A DNA stretch of 64,000 nucleotides from an uncultured Campylobacterales bacterium (GTDB taxonomy: Bacteria; Campylobacterota; Campylobacteria; Campylobacterales; CACVAW01): contig CACVAW010000061.1 of NCBI GenBank assembly GCA_902727925.1, positions 713 to 64,712 on the forward strand, given 5' to 3'. The position numbers and the translations under genes are program-made. This document shows positions 1 through 10,359 of the stretch, piece after piece. The notes beneath the pieces were generated by a model. It saw only the letters and a list, made by a program, of their open reading frames with translations, did not search any database and was not told where the DNA came from. Within the stretch, counting starts at the first letter, position 1, and the number at the start of each line of letters is the position of its first letter.

Positions 1-347
1 TAAATACCAAGATTTTATCTGATATTAATATATTATGCTTTAATATCACATTATAACATATAAAATATGATAAATAATTTGAATAAAAGCAAATTATTTA
101 TAAAAAATAAGATATGATAGTGTATTTTAAAATTAATAAATGAAAGTAATATAATGCAAAATATACTATTATCACTTGTTATCTTTAAAATGAGATATGT
201 GTGCTATCAAAATATTGGCCACTTATAATAATCGTATTTTTAGCTATAATATTATTCGTGTAATGGATTTTTGTATATTCATATTCAGTCCAACTAATAA
301 ATGATGAATATAGGTGCGTCTCATCAATATGTAACTGTGAATATCAG

Positions 348-548
348 TTGGTAAATTCTTCGAGTAAAAAGCAAGTTGGGCAGGTTTTAGTTAAGACTTA
401 TAAACAAGGTGGCATAAAGACTAATGTTGAACTAGAAAGTGTAAATATACCTTATAAATTAGCACCTAAAAGTAAAATGTTATTTTCAGGCAGCGTAAAA
501 AGCTATGAAATTGTTGATAATCTTAAGTTTATTCATACCAGTAAATAA
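348..548 (+). CDS. hypothetical small protein (66 aa)
   Basis: ORF only, with a TTG start and no recognisable motif. It lies in a long AT-rich non-coding leader upstream of the PLD-like gene. Confidence 0.2.
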   Translation: MVNSSSKKQVGQVLVKTYKQGGIKTNVELESVNIPYKLAPKSKMLFSGSVKSYEIVDNLKFIHTSK

Positions 549-589
549 ATATAACAATACGCTCAAAATGACAGTTTTTCCGTCGCTTA

Positions 590-621
590 TTTTTTGTGGT
601 AAAAAACACTACCACAAAAAA
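590..621 (+). terminator. perfect 12-bp inverted repeat hairpin (TTTTTTGTGGTA / 8-nt loop / TACCACAAAAAA)
   Basis: Read directly: 590-601 pairs with 610-621. It sits between the small ORF and the PLD-like gene and could be a terminator or an operator. Confidence 0.35.
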
Positions 622-680
622 AGCTCCTCCAAAACTGCAATTTAGCTTAGCGTTATATTCTCAAAAACAATGGAGCATAA

Positions 681-1595
681 ATGGCAGTTCAAGCATATTT
701 TGAGGATATAGATTATGAAATAATCAGAATTTTGAAATCTTCAAAAGAGTCTGTGAGAATTTGTGTTGCTTGGATAAATGGTCAAATATACGCACCAATT
801 TTAAATGAATTGGCTCATAAGGGAGTCACTGTAGAACTGATATTTGACAATAACAAAACGAATTTAAATCATGGTGTTCCTGTATCCCCCTTATATAAAT
901 CATATCCAATTAAGACACGCTTATCTTCGTCATTTATGCATAACAAATTTTGCCTAGTTGATAATAGTATTCTTATAACTGGTAGCTTCAATTGGTCACA
1001 AAAAGCGAAGCATAGTTTTGAGAACATTATTGTTATAAGAAAAGAATTTAAAATTATCAAAGATTTTCTCCATGAATTTTATGACTTAATTGAGTATTAC
1101 AATGCATTCACTCTAAACAAGGTAAGAAAATGTTCATGTGGATCAAATCTATTTAATTTAGGGGTCTTAGGCTATGAATCAGGAAAATATGATGAGTCAA
1201 AAGTTGATATTTGGAGTGTATGTGTAAAAAATGGTCATGTTGTTCACCTTGGCGAAGAATATGAACAGTACCTTCATTCTCATTTAGGAATAAAAGACGA
1301 AATAGAAGTAGATGATGGTATCTACGATAAAGAGAGTATGATTTTAGAATTTCAACAAGAGCAATCAAAAATAAAGTCTCTGCAGCAGTATTTTAACAAT
1401 AGATCTGGTAATAAAATTCATGCAGTTGGTAGTGTTGTGATGGATAACTGGAATGAGCACATGGAATGGGGAGAGGAGCCAGAATATGTAGTGAATATTT
1501 TTTGGCGAGATATGTACTTCAGAAAAATCATACCTGATACTTTATATGATGATGGTTACGATGGAATCCATTCAATTATTGCAAAGCATGTATAA
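681..1595 (+). CDS. PLD-superfamily (single HKD motif) nuclease-like protein with an unknown C-terminal domain
   Basis: HKD motif FMHNKFCLVDN followed by ITGSFNWS within the first ~140 aa. The C-terminal ~160 aa (KCSCGSN...CVKNGHVVH...) is not recognisable. Confidence 0.7.
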   Translation: MAVQAYFEDIDYEIIRILKSSKESVRICVAWINGQIYAPILNELAHKGVTVELIFDNNKTNLNHGVPVSPLYKSYPIKTRLSSSFMHNKFCLVDNSILITGSFNWSQKAKHSFENIIVIRKEFKIIKDFLHEFYDLIEYYNAFTLNKVRKCSCGSNLFNLGVLGYESGKYDESKVDIWSVCVKNGHVVHLGEEYEQYLHSHLGIKDEIEVDDGIYDKESMILEFQQEQSKIKSLQQYFNNRSGNKIHAVGSVVMDNWNEHMEWGEEPEYVVNIFWRDMYFRKIIPDTLYDDGYDGIHSIIAKHV

Positions 1596-1798
1596 AAATA
1601 TAACAAGGCAAATGCACTCAGACAGCCAAAAGCTGCCGGTGATTTGTGACGTTAGACTAAAGTTGTTAAAACTATACTTTTCTGATTTCTTTGAAGTCTT
1701 TTGTGAAAGAATTGAGGAGTAAAGTAGTCCAAACTCGAGAGATATCGCCATAGGTTGAAGTATGGGAGTTACCAGAGGCAAAAAAATATTTTGTACAT

Positions 1799-3580
1799 TT
1801 AAAATGGCCAAATAAGAGGTGCTAAACAAATAGTAGTAATTGCTACAACAATATCAAGTGGTACACCAATTCTTAAATAATCACTAAACCTATATCCTCC
1901 TGGACCATAAATCATTAAGTTTGTTTGATATCCAATAGGTGTAATAAAACTCGCAGACGCAGAAACCATGATACACATCACAAAAGGTATAGGGTTAACT
2001 CCTAGCTGATCTACCATATTCATAACAAGAGGAAAGGTTAGGGCTGCTGCTGCATTATTTGTAATAATTTCTGTGAAAAATGAAGTGATAAAATATACTA
2101 GTATTAGAATAATCCATGGATTATTTCCTGCAAATTCAAGCACACCTGTTGATATTAAGCTTGCAATCCCAGTTTTTTCTAGTGCAAGACCAAGTCCTAG
2201 AGCTGAAGCAATTGTGACTAAGACTTTCCAGTCAATACTTTTGTATAAACTAGGGATGGAACAACATCCTGCAATAATCATTAGACTTGCTGCAATAAGA
2301 GCAGCTTTGAACATACTAAAAATACCAAAACCTGCAAGTGCAACCATCCCTAAAAGAATTCCAAGTGCGACTGGCGCTTTTTCTATACTTTCACGAGATA
2401 GTTCATTTTCCGATGAGTTGAGTATATAAAAATCTCTATTATATTTTTGTTTTAGAAGAAATTCTGAGTGGGCTTCAACTAGAATTGTATCTCCAGGATG
2501 TAGCATCATATATCTTCCACTTAAAACTGATTCTCCATCCTGAGCTGCTGAGAGTGCTCTAGCATTATATAGTCTTCTAAATTTTAATCTATCTATAAAC
2601 TTTCCAGCAAATGGGAATTTTTTGGAAATTACAACTTCTACGAGGATTCTATCTTGTCTTGGAAAATTTAATGTAGAAAATTTTGTAGTTGCTTTTCTTA
2701 ATCCTTTGTTAAGGGACAATATTTGTATATATCCGATATTCCCAGAAAAAATAAAATGATCGTCTTCTTTTATAGTATCATCTAAAGCTATTTCAAAAGA
2801 TTTTTCTGAGTTTCTTATTAACATTTCTAGTTTACCACCCTCGGCCAGATGAGTTAGTCCGCTCTCTTCAAATGTTTTTCCTATTAAGGAGCTTTTCTTG
2901 GGTACATACATTTCAAGTTGGTATACTCTTGAGCTTTTTTCTATCTTTTTAAAAGATGTTCTATTTGGCAATAAAAATGAGAGTAACAGTATAAATATTA
3001 TGCCAACAATAGCAACAGGTATACCTACTTTTGCAATTTCAAATATTTCAAACCCACTATTTCCATATCTATCTTGGTATAGTCCATTAACAACTAGGTT
3101 GGTACTTGTCCCTATTAATGTACAAAGACCACCTAGTATTGAAGCATAACTAAGAGGTATCAAAAGTTTTGATGGTTTTATATTAATACGGCTTGACCAT
3201 TTTTGTACTATAGGAATAAGAAGAGCTACAACAGGAGTATTATTTAAAAAGGCACTCAAAAAGCTTGTTGGTAACATAAGTCTTAGTTGAGCTCTAAAGT
3301 AGCTTTTAGGATTACCTAAAACATACTTTGTAAGCCATGATAACCCACCAGTTTGCTCAACTCCAGCCACAACAATATAAAGAAGTCCAACAGTTACAAC
3401 AGCAGAAGAGTTAAATCCTGAAAGAAATTCTGTAGTATTAAGAATGCCAGTAATAAATAAAAGAACAACGGAAGCTAGAAAAACTCTTGCAGGTGAAATT
3501 CTTGTAAAAAAGAGTGTTAAGAAAGTACAAATAAAAATTAGGAGGGTTAGTATTATCCTCCACTCACTAAATATATCCAC
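1799..3580 (-). CDS. SLC13/DASS-type anion permease with central TrkA-C domains
   Basis: 593 aa with polytopic N- and C-terminal halves (LNNTPVVALLIPIV, GTSTNLVV, ITPIGYQTNLMIYGPGGY) flanking a soluble central region typical of TrkA_C inserts. Confidence 0.8.
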   Translation of the reverse strand: MDIFSEWRIILTLLIFICTFLTLFFTRISPARVFLASVVLLFITGILNTTEFLSGFNSSAVVTVGLLYIVVAGVEQTGGLSWLTKYVLGNPKSYFRAQLRLMLPTSFLSAFLNNTPVVALLIPIVQKWSSRINIKPSKLLIPLSYASILGGLCTLIGTSTNLVVNGLYQDRYGNSGFEIFEIAKVGIPVAIVGIIFILLLSFLLPNRTSFKKIEKSSRVYQLEMYVPKKSSLIGKTFEESGLTHLAEGGKLEMLIRNSEKSFEIALDDTIKEDDHFIFSGNIGYIQILSLNKGLRKATTKFSTLNFPRQDRILVEVVISKKFPFAGKFIDRLKFRRLYNARALSAAQDGESVLSGRYMMLHPGDTILVEAHSEFLLKQKYNRDFYILNSSENELSRESIEKAPVALGILLGMVALAGFGIFSMFKAALIAASLMIIAGCCSIPSLYKSIDWKVLVTIASALGLGLALEKTGIASLISTGVLEFAGNNPWIILILVYFITSFFTEIITNNAAAALTFPLVMNMVDQLGVNPIPFVMCIMVSASASFITPIGYQTNLMIYGPGGYRFSDYLRIGVPLDIVVAITTICLAPLIWPF

Positions 3581-3631
3581 ATAAAACCTTAAATAAAATA
3601 TATAGCATTTTAGCTAATTTAGGCTTTATTG

Positions 3632-3653
3632 GTTAGGGGTTAAGCCCCCTAAC
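3632..3653 (-). terminator. GC-rich hairpin downstream of the OmpA-like gene
   Basis: GTTAGGGG (3632-3639) pairs with CCCCTAAC (3646-3653) around a 6-nt loop, 10 bp after the stop of the minus-strand gene. There is no clean U-tract. Confidence 0.4.
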
Positions 3654-3663
3654 TTAAGAATAT

Positions 3664-4383
3664 TTATTTAATACAAGGATTTATTATTGACTCAGAATTT
3701 GGGTATAAGTAAATTTCTACTCTTCTGTTTAGTGCCATATTACTACTTGTTGTATTAGGTGCTATTTCTTTTAAATATGAACAACCTTTTGTATAAACTG
3801 AATTTGATATTTGACTAGAGTTTATAGTGTTTCCTACTGATACAGCTCTTTTTTCAGATAAACCCTGATTATAGACAAGAGTTCCTTTACTATCAGTATG
3901 TCCTACAACTTGGACAATTGTATCTGGATAGTTCTTTAGTATAGGAGTTAATTTTGCTATTTTTGTACTAGCTGAATATGTTGGCGTAGCTGAATTTGTT
4001 GCAAACATCATATCATCTCTAAACATAATCTTTACATAAGAATCAGTATTCGATACTATTAAGTCTTCATTGATGTTTTGTTCTGCATCTGGATTGTTAT
4101 TAACTTCAGTTTCAAGACTTTTAGCTACTTCGTTAGCTTGTTTGTCTAGACTGTAACCAATAGCAGCTCCAATAGCAGCTCCTGCAGCGCCACTAATAGC
4201 AACTCTTTTGCCTTTTTTGTTACTAGTAGTTCCACCTAAAACAGCACCAATAACACCACCTATAAGAGCCCCAGTTGCAGTTTTGTTTGCTGGTGTGCTT
4301 GAACCTGTAGACGAGGCACATCCTGCAAACATTACAGCTACTACACAAGTTGCTATGATGGGTTTTAAAATATTACTTTTCAT
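3664..4383 (-). CDS. OmpA-family lipoprotein (glycine-zipper plus OmpA_C peptidoglycan-binding domain)
   Basis: Lipobox VMFAGC|AS, a Gly-rich zipper (GALIGGVIGAVLGG), and C-terminal VVGHTDSKG...LSEKRA...NRRVEI. Confidence 0.85.
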   Translation of the reverse strand: MKSNILKPIIATCVVAVMFAGCASSTGSSTPANKTATGALIGGVIGAVLGGTTSNKKGKRVAISGAAGAAIGAAIGYSLDKQANEVAKSLETEVNNNPDAEQNINEDLIVSNTDSYVKIMFRDDMMFATNSATPTYSASTKIAKLTPILKNYPDTIVQVVGHTDSKGTLVYNQGLSEKRAVSVGNTINSSQISNSVYTKGCSYLKEIAPNTTSSNMALNRRVEIYLYPNSESIINPCIK

Positions 4384-5576
4384 AAAATTTTCCTTTTATT
4401 AATTTTTGGGAGTATAACATAATAAGTTTTCACTTTTTTTTCTAAATATTTTATATCAATTGTTTTTAGATACTGGGAGTCTTTTATACTAGTAGGTTTA
4501 TTTTCATATAAAATATTTTTTCCTTTTTTTATTTCATAGAAACCAAGTCTTTTTTGTAATGATTTATTTGAAGAAGAAACTTCATAAATATTGTTTTGTT
4601 TGAGCTTAGTAGATAACTCTTTTACTATATAGTATTTATAGGCAAAGTGATTATTTGGATTTTCTAGAAGTAAAAATAGTGGTTTATTAAGAAATGTGAT
4701 TAAAAAACTTAAAATTGCTGATATGAGTATACCTTGACCGATAAGCTTGTACTTAAAACGCAATTCTTTTATGTGTGAATTAAAACTATGAAAAAATACT
4801 TTGACCATAATAGGAATAAAAATAACTAAAAAAACACCAAAGTCTTCAATATCTATTTTTTGTCTAAACGATAAAAGAAGAGCAATAACAAAAGTATAAA
4901 AAGAGATATGCCATATAATATTTTTGGATGTGGTTAATGATACTCTATACAAACTATAGCAAAAATACAAAAATACAAAAGGAGAAAAAATAGCTAAAAA
5001 CATTCCAAAGCTAGTTAGAAAATATCCTCTTGGTCTTCCTCCTATATCTATATCATATATACCAATAGAACTCATGATAAAAGCAAGTGATATGTATATA
5101 AAAGCATAATTTTTACGACTAATACCATAAATAAATAGAGAGATATAGAGATAAAAAAATGAATTATCAACAAACAGTGAACAAAATAAAATATAAAGAG
5201 CAATAATAAAATAGCGGTTGATAAATGTGATTAAAAACAAAAGAGTTATAAATATCACAATTGAAGACATATTTACAATCACGCCAAGAAGTGATACTGA
5301 TGGTAGTAATGCAAATAAAATTAGACTATAAAAAGCTTCTTTTTTAGTATTAAGAACTAGTAAAGATAACCTATACATTAAATATAAATTAACAATATGA
5401 AGCAATAAAAAAGAGTATTTAATATCAAACAGACTTATAAGTCTAATCCAAAACCCATTTAAATGTGAATCTTGTAAAAGCTCTATTTCATATATACTAA
5501 TAGACAAACTCTCAATATTGAAAACAAGTATAAAAATATATACAAAAATAAATAAAGTGTAATAAAGTTTATCCAT
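4380..5576 (-). CDS. polytopic integral membrane protein, function unknown
   Basis: 398 aa, about 10 hydrophobic segments and a soluble basic C-terminus. Start/stop overlap with both neighbours indicates an operon with pabA and the ompA-like gene. Confidence 0.6.
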   Translation of the reverse strand: MDKLYYTLFIFVYIFILVFNIESLSISIYEIELLQDSHLNGFWIRLISLFDIKYSFLLLHIVNLYLMYRLSLLVLNTKKEAFYSLILFALLPSVSLLGVIVNMSSIVIFITLLFLITFINRYFIIALYILFCSLFVDNSFFYLYISLFIYGISRKNYAFIYISLAFIMSSIGIYDIDIGGRPRGYFLTSFGMFLAIFSPFVFLYFCYSLYRVSLTTSKNIIWHISFYTFVIALLLSFRQKIDIEDFGVFLVIFIPIMVKVFFHSFNSHIKELRFKYKLIGQGILISAILSFLITFLNKPLFLLLENPNNHFAYKYYIVKELSTKLKQNNIYEVSSSNKSLQKRLGFYEIKKGKNILYENKPTSIKDSQYLKTIDIKYLEKKVKTYYVILPKINKRKIL

Positions 5577-6144
5577 CTATAAAATTCTTTAATATCTTAT
5601 GTCCATATTCACTTACAAATGATTCTGGGTGAAATTGTATCCCGTAAGTAGAGCTATTTTTTATTTTAAAAGACATAATTTGATTATCATCTTGTGATAT
5701 TGATGTTACTTCTATGTTTTTAGGTACAGTTGTCGGGTCAATTACTAATGAATGATACCTTGCTACTTTTATACTGTTTGGAATAGAATTAAATATAGCA
5801 TTATGAGATAAGATTTCTAAAATTGAGGTCTTTCCATGCATAGGAGAGTGCTTTATAACTTTAGCTCCATTACTCTCAGCTATTATTTGATGACCTAGAC
5901 AGATACCTAAGATTGGTATTTGTTTATGATATTTGTTAACAGCGTCTTTAGATATGCCTGAATTCGATGGGTTGCCAGGACCTGGCGATATTATAAGGTG
6001 GGTGAAGCTTAGCTTATCAATCTGAGATAGGCTTAATTCATCGTTTTTGATTACTTTTACATCTATATTCAAATCTCTTAGGTAATGAATAATGTTATAA
6101 GTAAAACTATCATAATTATCAATCATTAAAACCATTGTTACCAC
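5569..6144 (-). CDS. pabA: glutamine amidotransferase component II (aminodeoxychorismate/anthranilate synthase, PabA/TrpG)
   Basis: IDNYDSFTYN, catalytic GICLGHQ and FHPES triad motifs. An ATG at 6135 is an alternative start to the GTG at 6144. Confidence 0.85.
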   Translation of the reverse strand: MVTMVLMIDNYDSFTYNIIHYLRDLNIDVKVIKNDELSLSQIDKLSFTHLIISPGPGNPSNSGISKDAVNKYHKQIPILGICLGHQIIAESNGAKVIKHSPMHGKTSILEILSHNAIFNSIPNSIKVARYHSLVIDPTTVPKNIEVTSISQDDNQIMSFKIKNSSTYGIQFHPESFVSEYGHKILKNFIDG

Positions 6145-6193
6145 TTTTAGAACTATTTAGTAGAATTATAACAAAATTAATATTGGTAAATTT

Positions 6194-7390
6194 GTGAAAA
6201 TAATAAAAGCTGACTATATACTTACTTGTGATGATGACTTTAGTATCATAAAAAATGGTGCTATGGTATTTGATGAGGATGTTATAGAGGTTGGATTAGC
6301 TGATTATTTGACTCAAAAATATTCTGACTTAGAAATTATAGAGTGTGGTGAAAACTCTGTAGTAATGCCTGGACTTATAAATTCTCATACTCATCTTGAA
6401 TACTCAAAAAATAAAACACTTTTAAAGTATGGTGACTTTAACTCTTGGCTTAAAAGTGTATTTGAAAATAGAGAAGAACTCTCAAATATTAGTGATAAAG
6501 AAATACAAAATCAGCTAGAGATTATTAAGCAAACTGGAACTACTACGTTATCTGAAATAAGTAGTTTTGCTAAGAGTTTAAAGGAATGTGTAAAGAGTGA
6601 TTTAAGGATAGTATATTTTACAGAAATATTAGGAACAAATGAAAAATATATAGATTTCATAAAAGAGGATTTTAATAAAAAACTCGAAGTATCATTATCA
6701 TATAAAAGTGCTAAATTTATTCCAGCTATATCTATACACTCTACATACTCAGTTCATCCTATACTGATGGAATATGCTACTACAAAAGCTAAAGAACATA
6801 ATATGTTGATGAGTACTCATTACTTAGAAAGTATATATGAAAAACAGTGGCTTCAAAGAGCTACCTCAAAGCTAAAAGAAACTCTAAGTATCGTTAATCC
6901 TGATATAAAAGTATTTTTTAGTGAAGAAAAATTTGTAAAATGTTTTGATGATATTAGAACTTCTTTTGTTCATGCTTGTTATGACGAAAATATAGAAGAT
7001 AAATATATAGTACATTGTCCAGTATCAAACAGACTGCTTGGAAGTAAAAAGCTTGATATCAGTAAAGTAAAAACTAACTTGCTTTTAGGTACTGATGGAT
7101 TAAGTTCTAATATATCGCTTAGTTTGTGGGATGAGATGAGAATGGCACTTATGGTTCATAGTGAGTATGACTTGCAAGAGCTATCAAAGAAATTAATTTT
7201 GAGTGCAACAAAAAATGCAGGAGAATTTCTAAAACTTCCTATTGGTGTTTTAGAAAAAAAGTATAAATCAGATTTTATTGTACTTGATCTTGAAGATAAA
7301 TTAAATTTAAAAGAGAACTTAGATAAACTTATACTTAATACAAAAAAAGTAAAAAAAAGTTTTATTGCGGGCGAAGAGTTAAGTTTATAG
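6194..7390 (+). CDS. amidohydrolase-superfamily deaminase (possibly aminofutalosine deaminase type)
   Basis: HxH metal motif ([11 protein letters not shown]) and a later HC/DG motif (VHCP...GTDG). The specific substrate is an inference. Confidence 0.65.
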   Translation: MKIIKADYILTCDDDFSIIKNGAMVFDEDVIEVGLADYLTQKYSDLEIIECGENSVVMPGLINSHTHLEYSKNKTLLKYGDFNSWLKSVFENREELSNISDKEIQNQLEIIKQTGTTTLSEISSFAKSLKECVKSDLRIVYFTEILGTNEKYIDFIKEDFNKKLEVSLSYKSAKFIPAISIHSTYSVHPILMEYATTKAKEHNMLMSTHYLESIYEKQWLQRATSKLKETLSIVNPDIKVFFSEEKFVKCFDDIRTSFVHACYDENIEDKYIVHCPVSNRLLGSKKLDISKVKTNLLLGTDGLSSNISLSLWDEMRMALMVHSEYDLQELSKKLILSATKNAGEFLKLPIGVLEKKYKSDFIVLDLEDKLNLKENLDKLILNTKKVKKSFIAGEELSL

Positions 7391-7418
7391 TTCGTATAAA
7401 AAAGTTCTCATAAAGAGG

Positions 7419-8540
7419 TTGATATTGAAAAAAATAGCATTAATAACAGGTATAACAGGGCAAGATGGTTCATATTTAGCTGAATTCTTATTGAAAAAAG
7501 GTTATGAAGTACACGGAATTAAAAGAAGGAGTAGTCTTTTTAATACAGATAGGATAGATCACCTTTATCAAGATCCACATATAGAAGATAGAAACTTGAT
7601 TCTTCACTTCGGGGATATGACTGATAGTATGAATCTTACTAAAATCATCGGGAAAGTTCAACCTGATGAGATATATAATCTTGCTGCTATGAGTCATGTT
7701 GCTGTTTCATTTGAAACGCCTGAATATGTTGCAAATGCTGATGGTACAGGAACTCTTAGAATATTAGAAGCTGTTAAATTGTTAGGTCTTGAAAAAAAGA
7801 CAAAAATATACCAAGCAAGTACATCTGAATTATACGGAAAAGTTCAAGAAACTCCACAAAGTGAAACAACACCATTTTATCCAAGAAGCCCATATGCGGT
7901 GGCAAAAATGTATGCATATTGGATAACTGTAAATTATAGAGAAGCTTACGATATGTTTGCTTGTAATGGAATACTTTTTAATCATGAAAGTCCTGTACGG
8001 GGAGAAACATTTGTTACAAGAAAAATTACAAGAGCTGTTAGTAAGATAGCTCTTGGATTACAAGATAAGCTTTATCTTGGTAATCTTGATGCAAAAAGAG
8101 ACTGGGGACATGCTAAAGATTATGTACGGATGATGTGGATGATACTTCAAGCAGATGAACCAGAGGATTGGGTTATAGCAACTGGTCAGACTACAACTGT
8201 AAGAGATTTTGTGAGAATGGCATTTGAATATGTAGGAGTTGAACTAGAGTTTGTAGGTCAAGGTGTAGACGAAAAAGCTATTATAAAAAAATGCAAAAAT
8301 GCAAAATATAGTTTTGAAATAGGACAAGAAGTTGTTAGTGTTGATCCAAAATATTTTAGACCAACAGAAGTTGATTTACTTTTAGGTGATCCTAGTAAGG
8401 CAGAACAAAAACTAGGGTGGGAAAGAGAGTATAAGCTTCAAGATTTAGTTTATGAAATGATGCAAAGCGATTTAAAGTTAATGACTAAAGATGTTTACTT
8501 ACAAGAGGGGGGATATAAAACAATGAGTTATTATGAATAA
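7419..8540 (+). CDS. gmd: GDP-mannose 4,6-dehydratase
   Basis: [17 protein letters not shown] Rossmann motif, [15 protein letters not shown] and [13 protein letters not shown] start, with a second TTG at 7425. Confidence 0.95.
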   Translation: MILKKIALITGITGQDGSYLAEFLLKKGYEVHGIKRRSSLFNTDRIDHLYQDPHIEDRNLILHFGDMTDSMNLTKIIGKVQPDEIYNLAAMSHVAVSFETPEYVANADGTGTLRILEAVKLLGLEKKTKIYQASTSELYGKVQETPQSETTPFYPRSPYAVAKMYAYWITVNYREAYDMFACNGILFNHESPVRGETFVTRKITRAVSKIALGLQDKLYLGNLDAKRDWGHAKDYVRMMWMILQADEPEDWVIATGQTTTVRDFVRMAFEYVGVELEFVGQGVDEKAIIKKCKNAKYSFEIGQEVVSVDPKYFRPTEVDLLLGDPSKAEQKLGWEREYKLQDLVYEMMQSDLKLMTKDVYLQEGGYKTMSYYE

Positions 8541-9321
8541 TCCATTAATTTCAATTATTACGGTAGTTTATAACGATAAAGTAGGAATTAAAAGAACTAT
8601 AAAAAGTGTTTTAAATCAAACTTATAAAAATATAGAGTATGTAATTGTAGATGGAAATTCTAATGACGGTACATTGGATATTATTAAAAAATATCAAGAC
8701 AGTATTGACTTTTGGATGAGTGAAAATGATGAAGGTATTTATGATGCTATGAATAAAGGTATACAAAGTGCTAAGGGTGATTTTATTCAGTTTTTAAATG
8801 CTGGAGATATTTTTTATGAAGATGATTCTTTATTAAAGTTAGTTTCGACGATAGATGAAAAAGAAAAAGTATATTTTGGTAGAGCTCATACTTATAATAA
8901 AGATGTTGCTTGGGTATTTCCTTCTGTAGAAAATACTAGTAGTTGGCTTAGTAGGGGAAATCTTCCAAATCATCAAGCGATGCTTTTTCCTAAAAATTTC
9001 TATGAAAATAATTTTTATAATTTATCTTATAAAATAAGTTCTGATAAGGATTATAAAATAAGAGCTTATAAGAAGGTGAAATTTTCTTTTTGTGATATAG
9101 TTTTTGTTAAGTTTGAACTTGATGGAGTATCAAATCAATATAGAAAAATAAAAAATGTAACGAAAATAATGAAAGAGAATTTTTTGATAAATAAATCACA
9201 TAAGCTGTATAAAAATATGATTTTAGACTCTGTAAAGCTTTTTATAAAAATGATTTTAGCTTTTTTAGTTCCAAATAAAACAAATAGTTTTATTAAGGCT
9301 ATCAAAGGTTACAAGAGTTGA
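8533..9321 (+). CDS. GT2-family glycosyltransferase
   Basis: [10 protein letters not shown]...[11 protein letters not shown] and a DxD-like NAGD. Overlaps the gmd stop. Confidence 0.8.
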   Translation: MNNPLISIITVVYNDKVGIKRTIKSVLNQTYKNIEYVIVDGNSNDGTLDIIKKYQDSIDFWMSENDEGIYDAMNKGIQSAKGDFIQFLNAGDIFYEDDSLLKLVSTIDEKEKVYFGRAHTYNKDVAWVFPSVENTSSWLSRGNLPNHQAMLFPKNFYENNFYNLSYKISSDKDYKIRAYKKVKFSFCDIVFVKFELDGVSNQYRKIKNVTKIMKENFLINKSHKLYKNMILDSVKLFIKMILAFLVPNKTNSFIKAIKGYKS

Positions 9322-10358
9322 ATAAGAAAAGTAAAATATATGTTGCAGGACATAGAGGTCTTGTGGGATCAGCAATATTAGAAAATTTAGAAAAAAGTGG
9401 ATATTCAAATTTAATTTATAAAACTCATAAAGAATTAGATTTAACCAATCAAATAGATGTTCAAAAGTTTTTTGAAGAGAAAAAACCAGAATTTGTGATA
9501 CTTGCAGCTGCAAAAGTTGGTGGGATAGAAGCAAACAATACTTACCGAGGGGATTTTATATATCAAAATTTGGCTATTCAAAATAATGTAATCCATCAAA
9601 GTTATTTGAATGGAGTTAAAAAACTTCTTTTTCTAGGTAGTACATGTATATATCCTAAAAATGCTACGCAACCTATGGTAGAAGATAGTTTACTAAGCGA
9701 TGAACTAGAATATACCAATGAATCATATGCCATAGCTAAAATAGCAGGTTTAAAAATGTGTGAGAGTTATAATATTCAATATGGAACAAATTACATATCA
9801 GCAATGCCAACAAATTTATATGGTATTAATGATAATTTTGATTTGCAAACATCTCATGTCTTGCCTGCATTACTTAGAAAAATTCATTTGGCAAAGCTTC
9901 TTGCTGAGCAAAAATATGATGAGGTAGTAAAAGATTTAAAATTAGCATCGATACAAGAAGCTAAAGATTATCTCCAAAAATTTGGTGTAAGTGAAAATAG
10001 TGTTGAAATATGGGGTTCTGGGAATCCTAGAAGAGAGTTCTTGTATAGTGAAGATTTGGCTAAAGCTTGTATCTTTTTAATAGAAAATATAGATTTTGAT
10101 GATGTCAAAAAAGGTAAGAAAGAAGTCAGAAATACTCATATAAATATAGGAACAGGAGTTGATGTTTCAATAAAAGAGTTAGCTTTTTTGATTAAAGATA
10201 TTGTAGGGTTTACAGGAAGTTTATACTTTAACGATACTAAACCTGATGGGACAATGATAAAGTTAACAGACCCTTCAAAAATAAATAGTCTTGGCTGGAA
10301 ATATGAAACCAACCTTAAAGAAGGTATTCAAAAGCTTTATGAGTGGTATAAAAAATAA
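9318..10358 (+). CDS. fcl: GDP-L-fucose synthase (GDP-4-keto-6-deoxymannose 3,5-epimerase/4-reductase)
   Basis: VAGHRGLVGSA, GSTCIYPK, YAIAKIAG and NLYG motifs; 346 aa. Confidence 0.92.
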   Translation: MNKKSKIYVAGHRGLVGSAILENLEKSGYSNLIYKTHKELDLTNQIDVQKFFEEKKPEFVILAAAKVGGIEANNTYRGDFIYQNLAIQNNVIHQSYLNGVKKLLFLGSTCIYPKNATQPMVEDSLLSDELEYTNESYAIAKIAGLKMCESYNIQYGTNYISAMPTNLYGINDNFDLQTSHVLPALLRKIHLAKLLAEQKYDEVVKDLKLASIQEAKDYLQKFGVSENSVEIWGSGNPRREFLYSEDLAKACIFLIENIDFDDVKKGKKEVRNTHINIGTGVDVSIKELAFLIKDIVGFTGSLYFNDTKPDGTMIKLTDPSKINSLGWKYETNLKEGIQKLYEWYKK

Positions 10359-10359
10359 T

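Noticed and set aside
869-1368. Two minus-strand ORFs (869-1060, 1153-1368) inside the PLD-like gene
   Set aside because: They are antisense shadow ORFs within a gene that has a clear HKD motif on the plus strand.
1596-1798. About 200-bp convergent spacer with locally higher GC, plus minus-strand ORF 1572-1829
   Set aside because: I looked for a tRNA, a riboswitch-like fold or a gene remnant. I found only weak 4-5 bp stems and no recognisable translation in any frame. It remains unexplained but unsupported.
2073-3149. Plus-strand ORFs 2073-2429 and 2898-3149
   Set aside because: They are antisense to the well-supported SLC13 permease gene and show no motifs.
10291-10359. N-terminal extension of the membrane-kinase ORF in the track. 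Similar extensions occur at 26989, 29611, 32568, 37233, 60968 and 56448.
   Set aside because: The extensions overlap the preceding gene by 30-100 nt in another frame. Internal ATGs placed 0-4 nt from the upstream stop, often with an RBS, give canonical N-termini.
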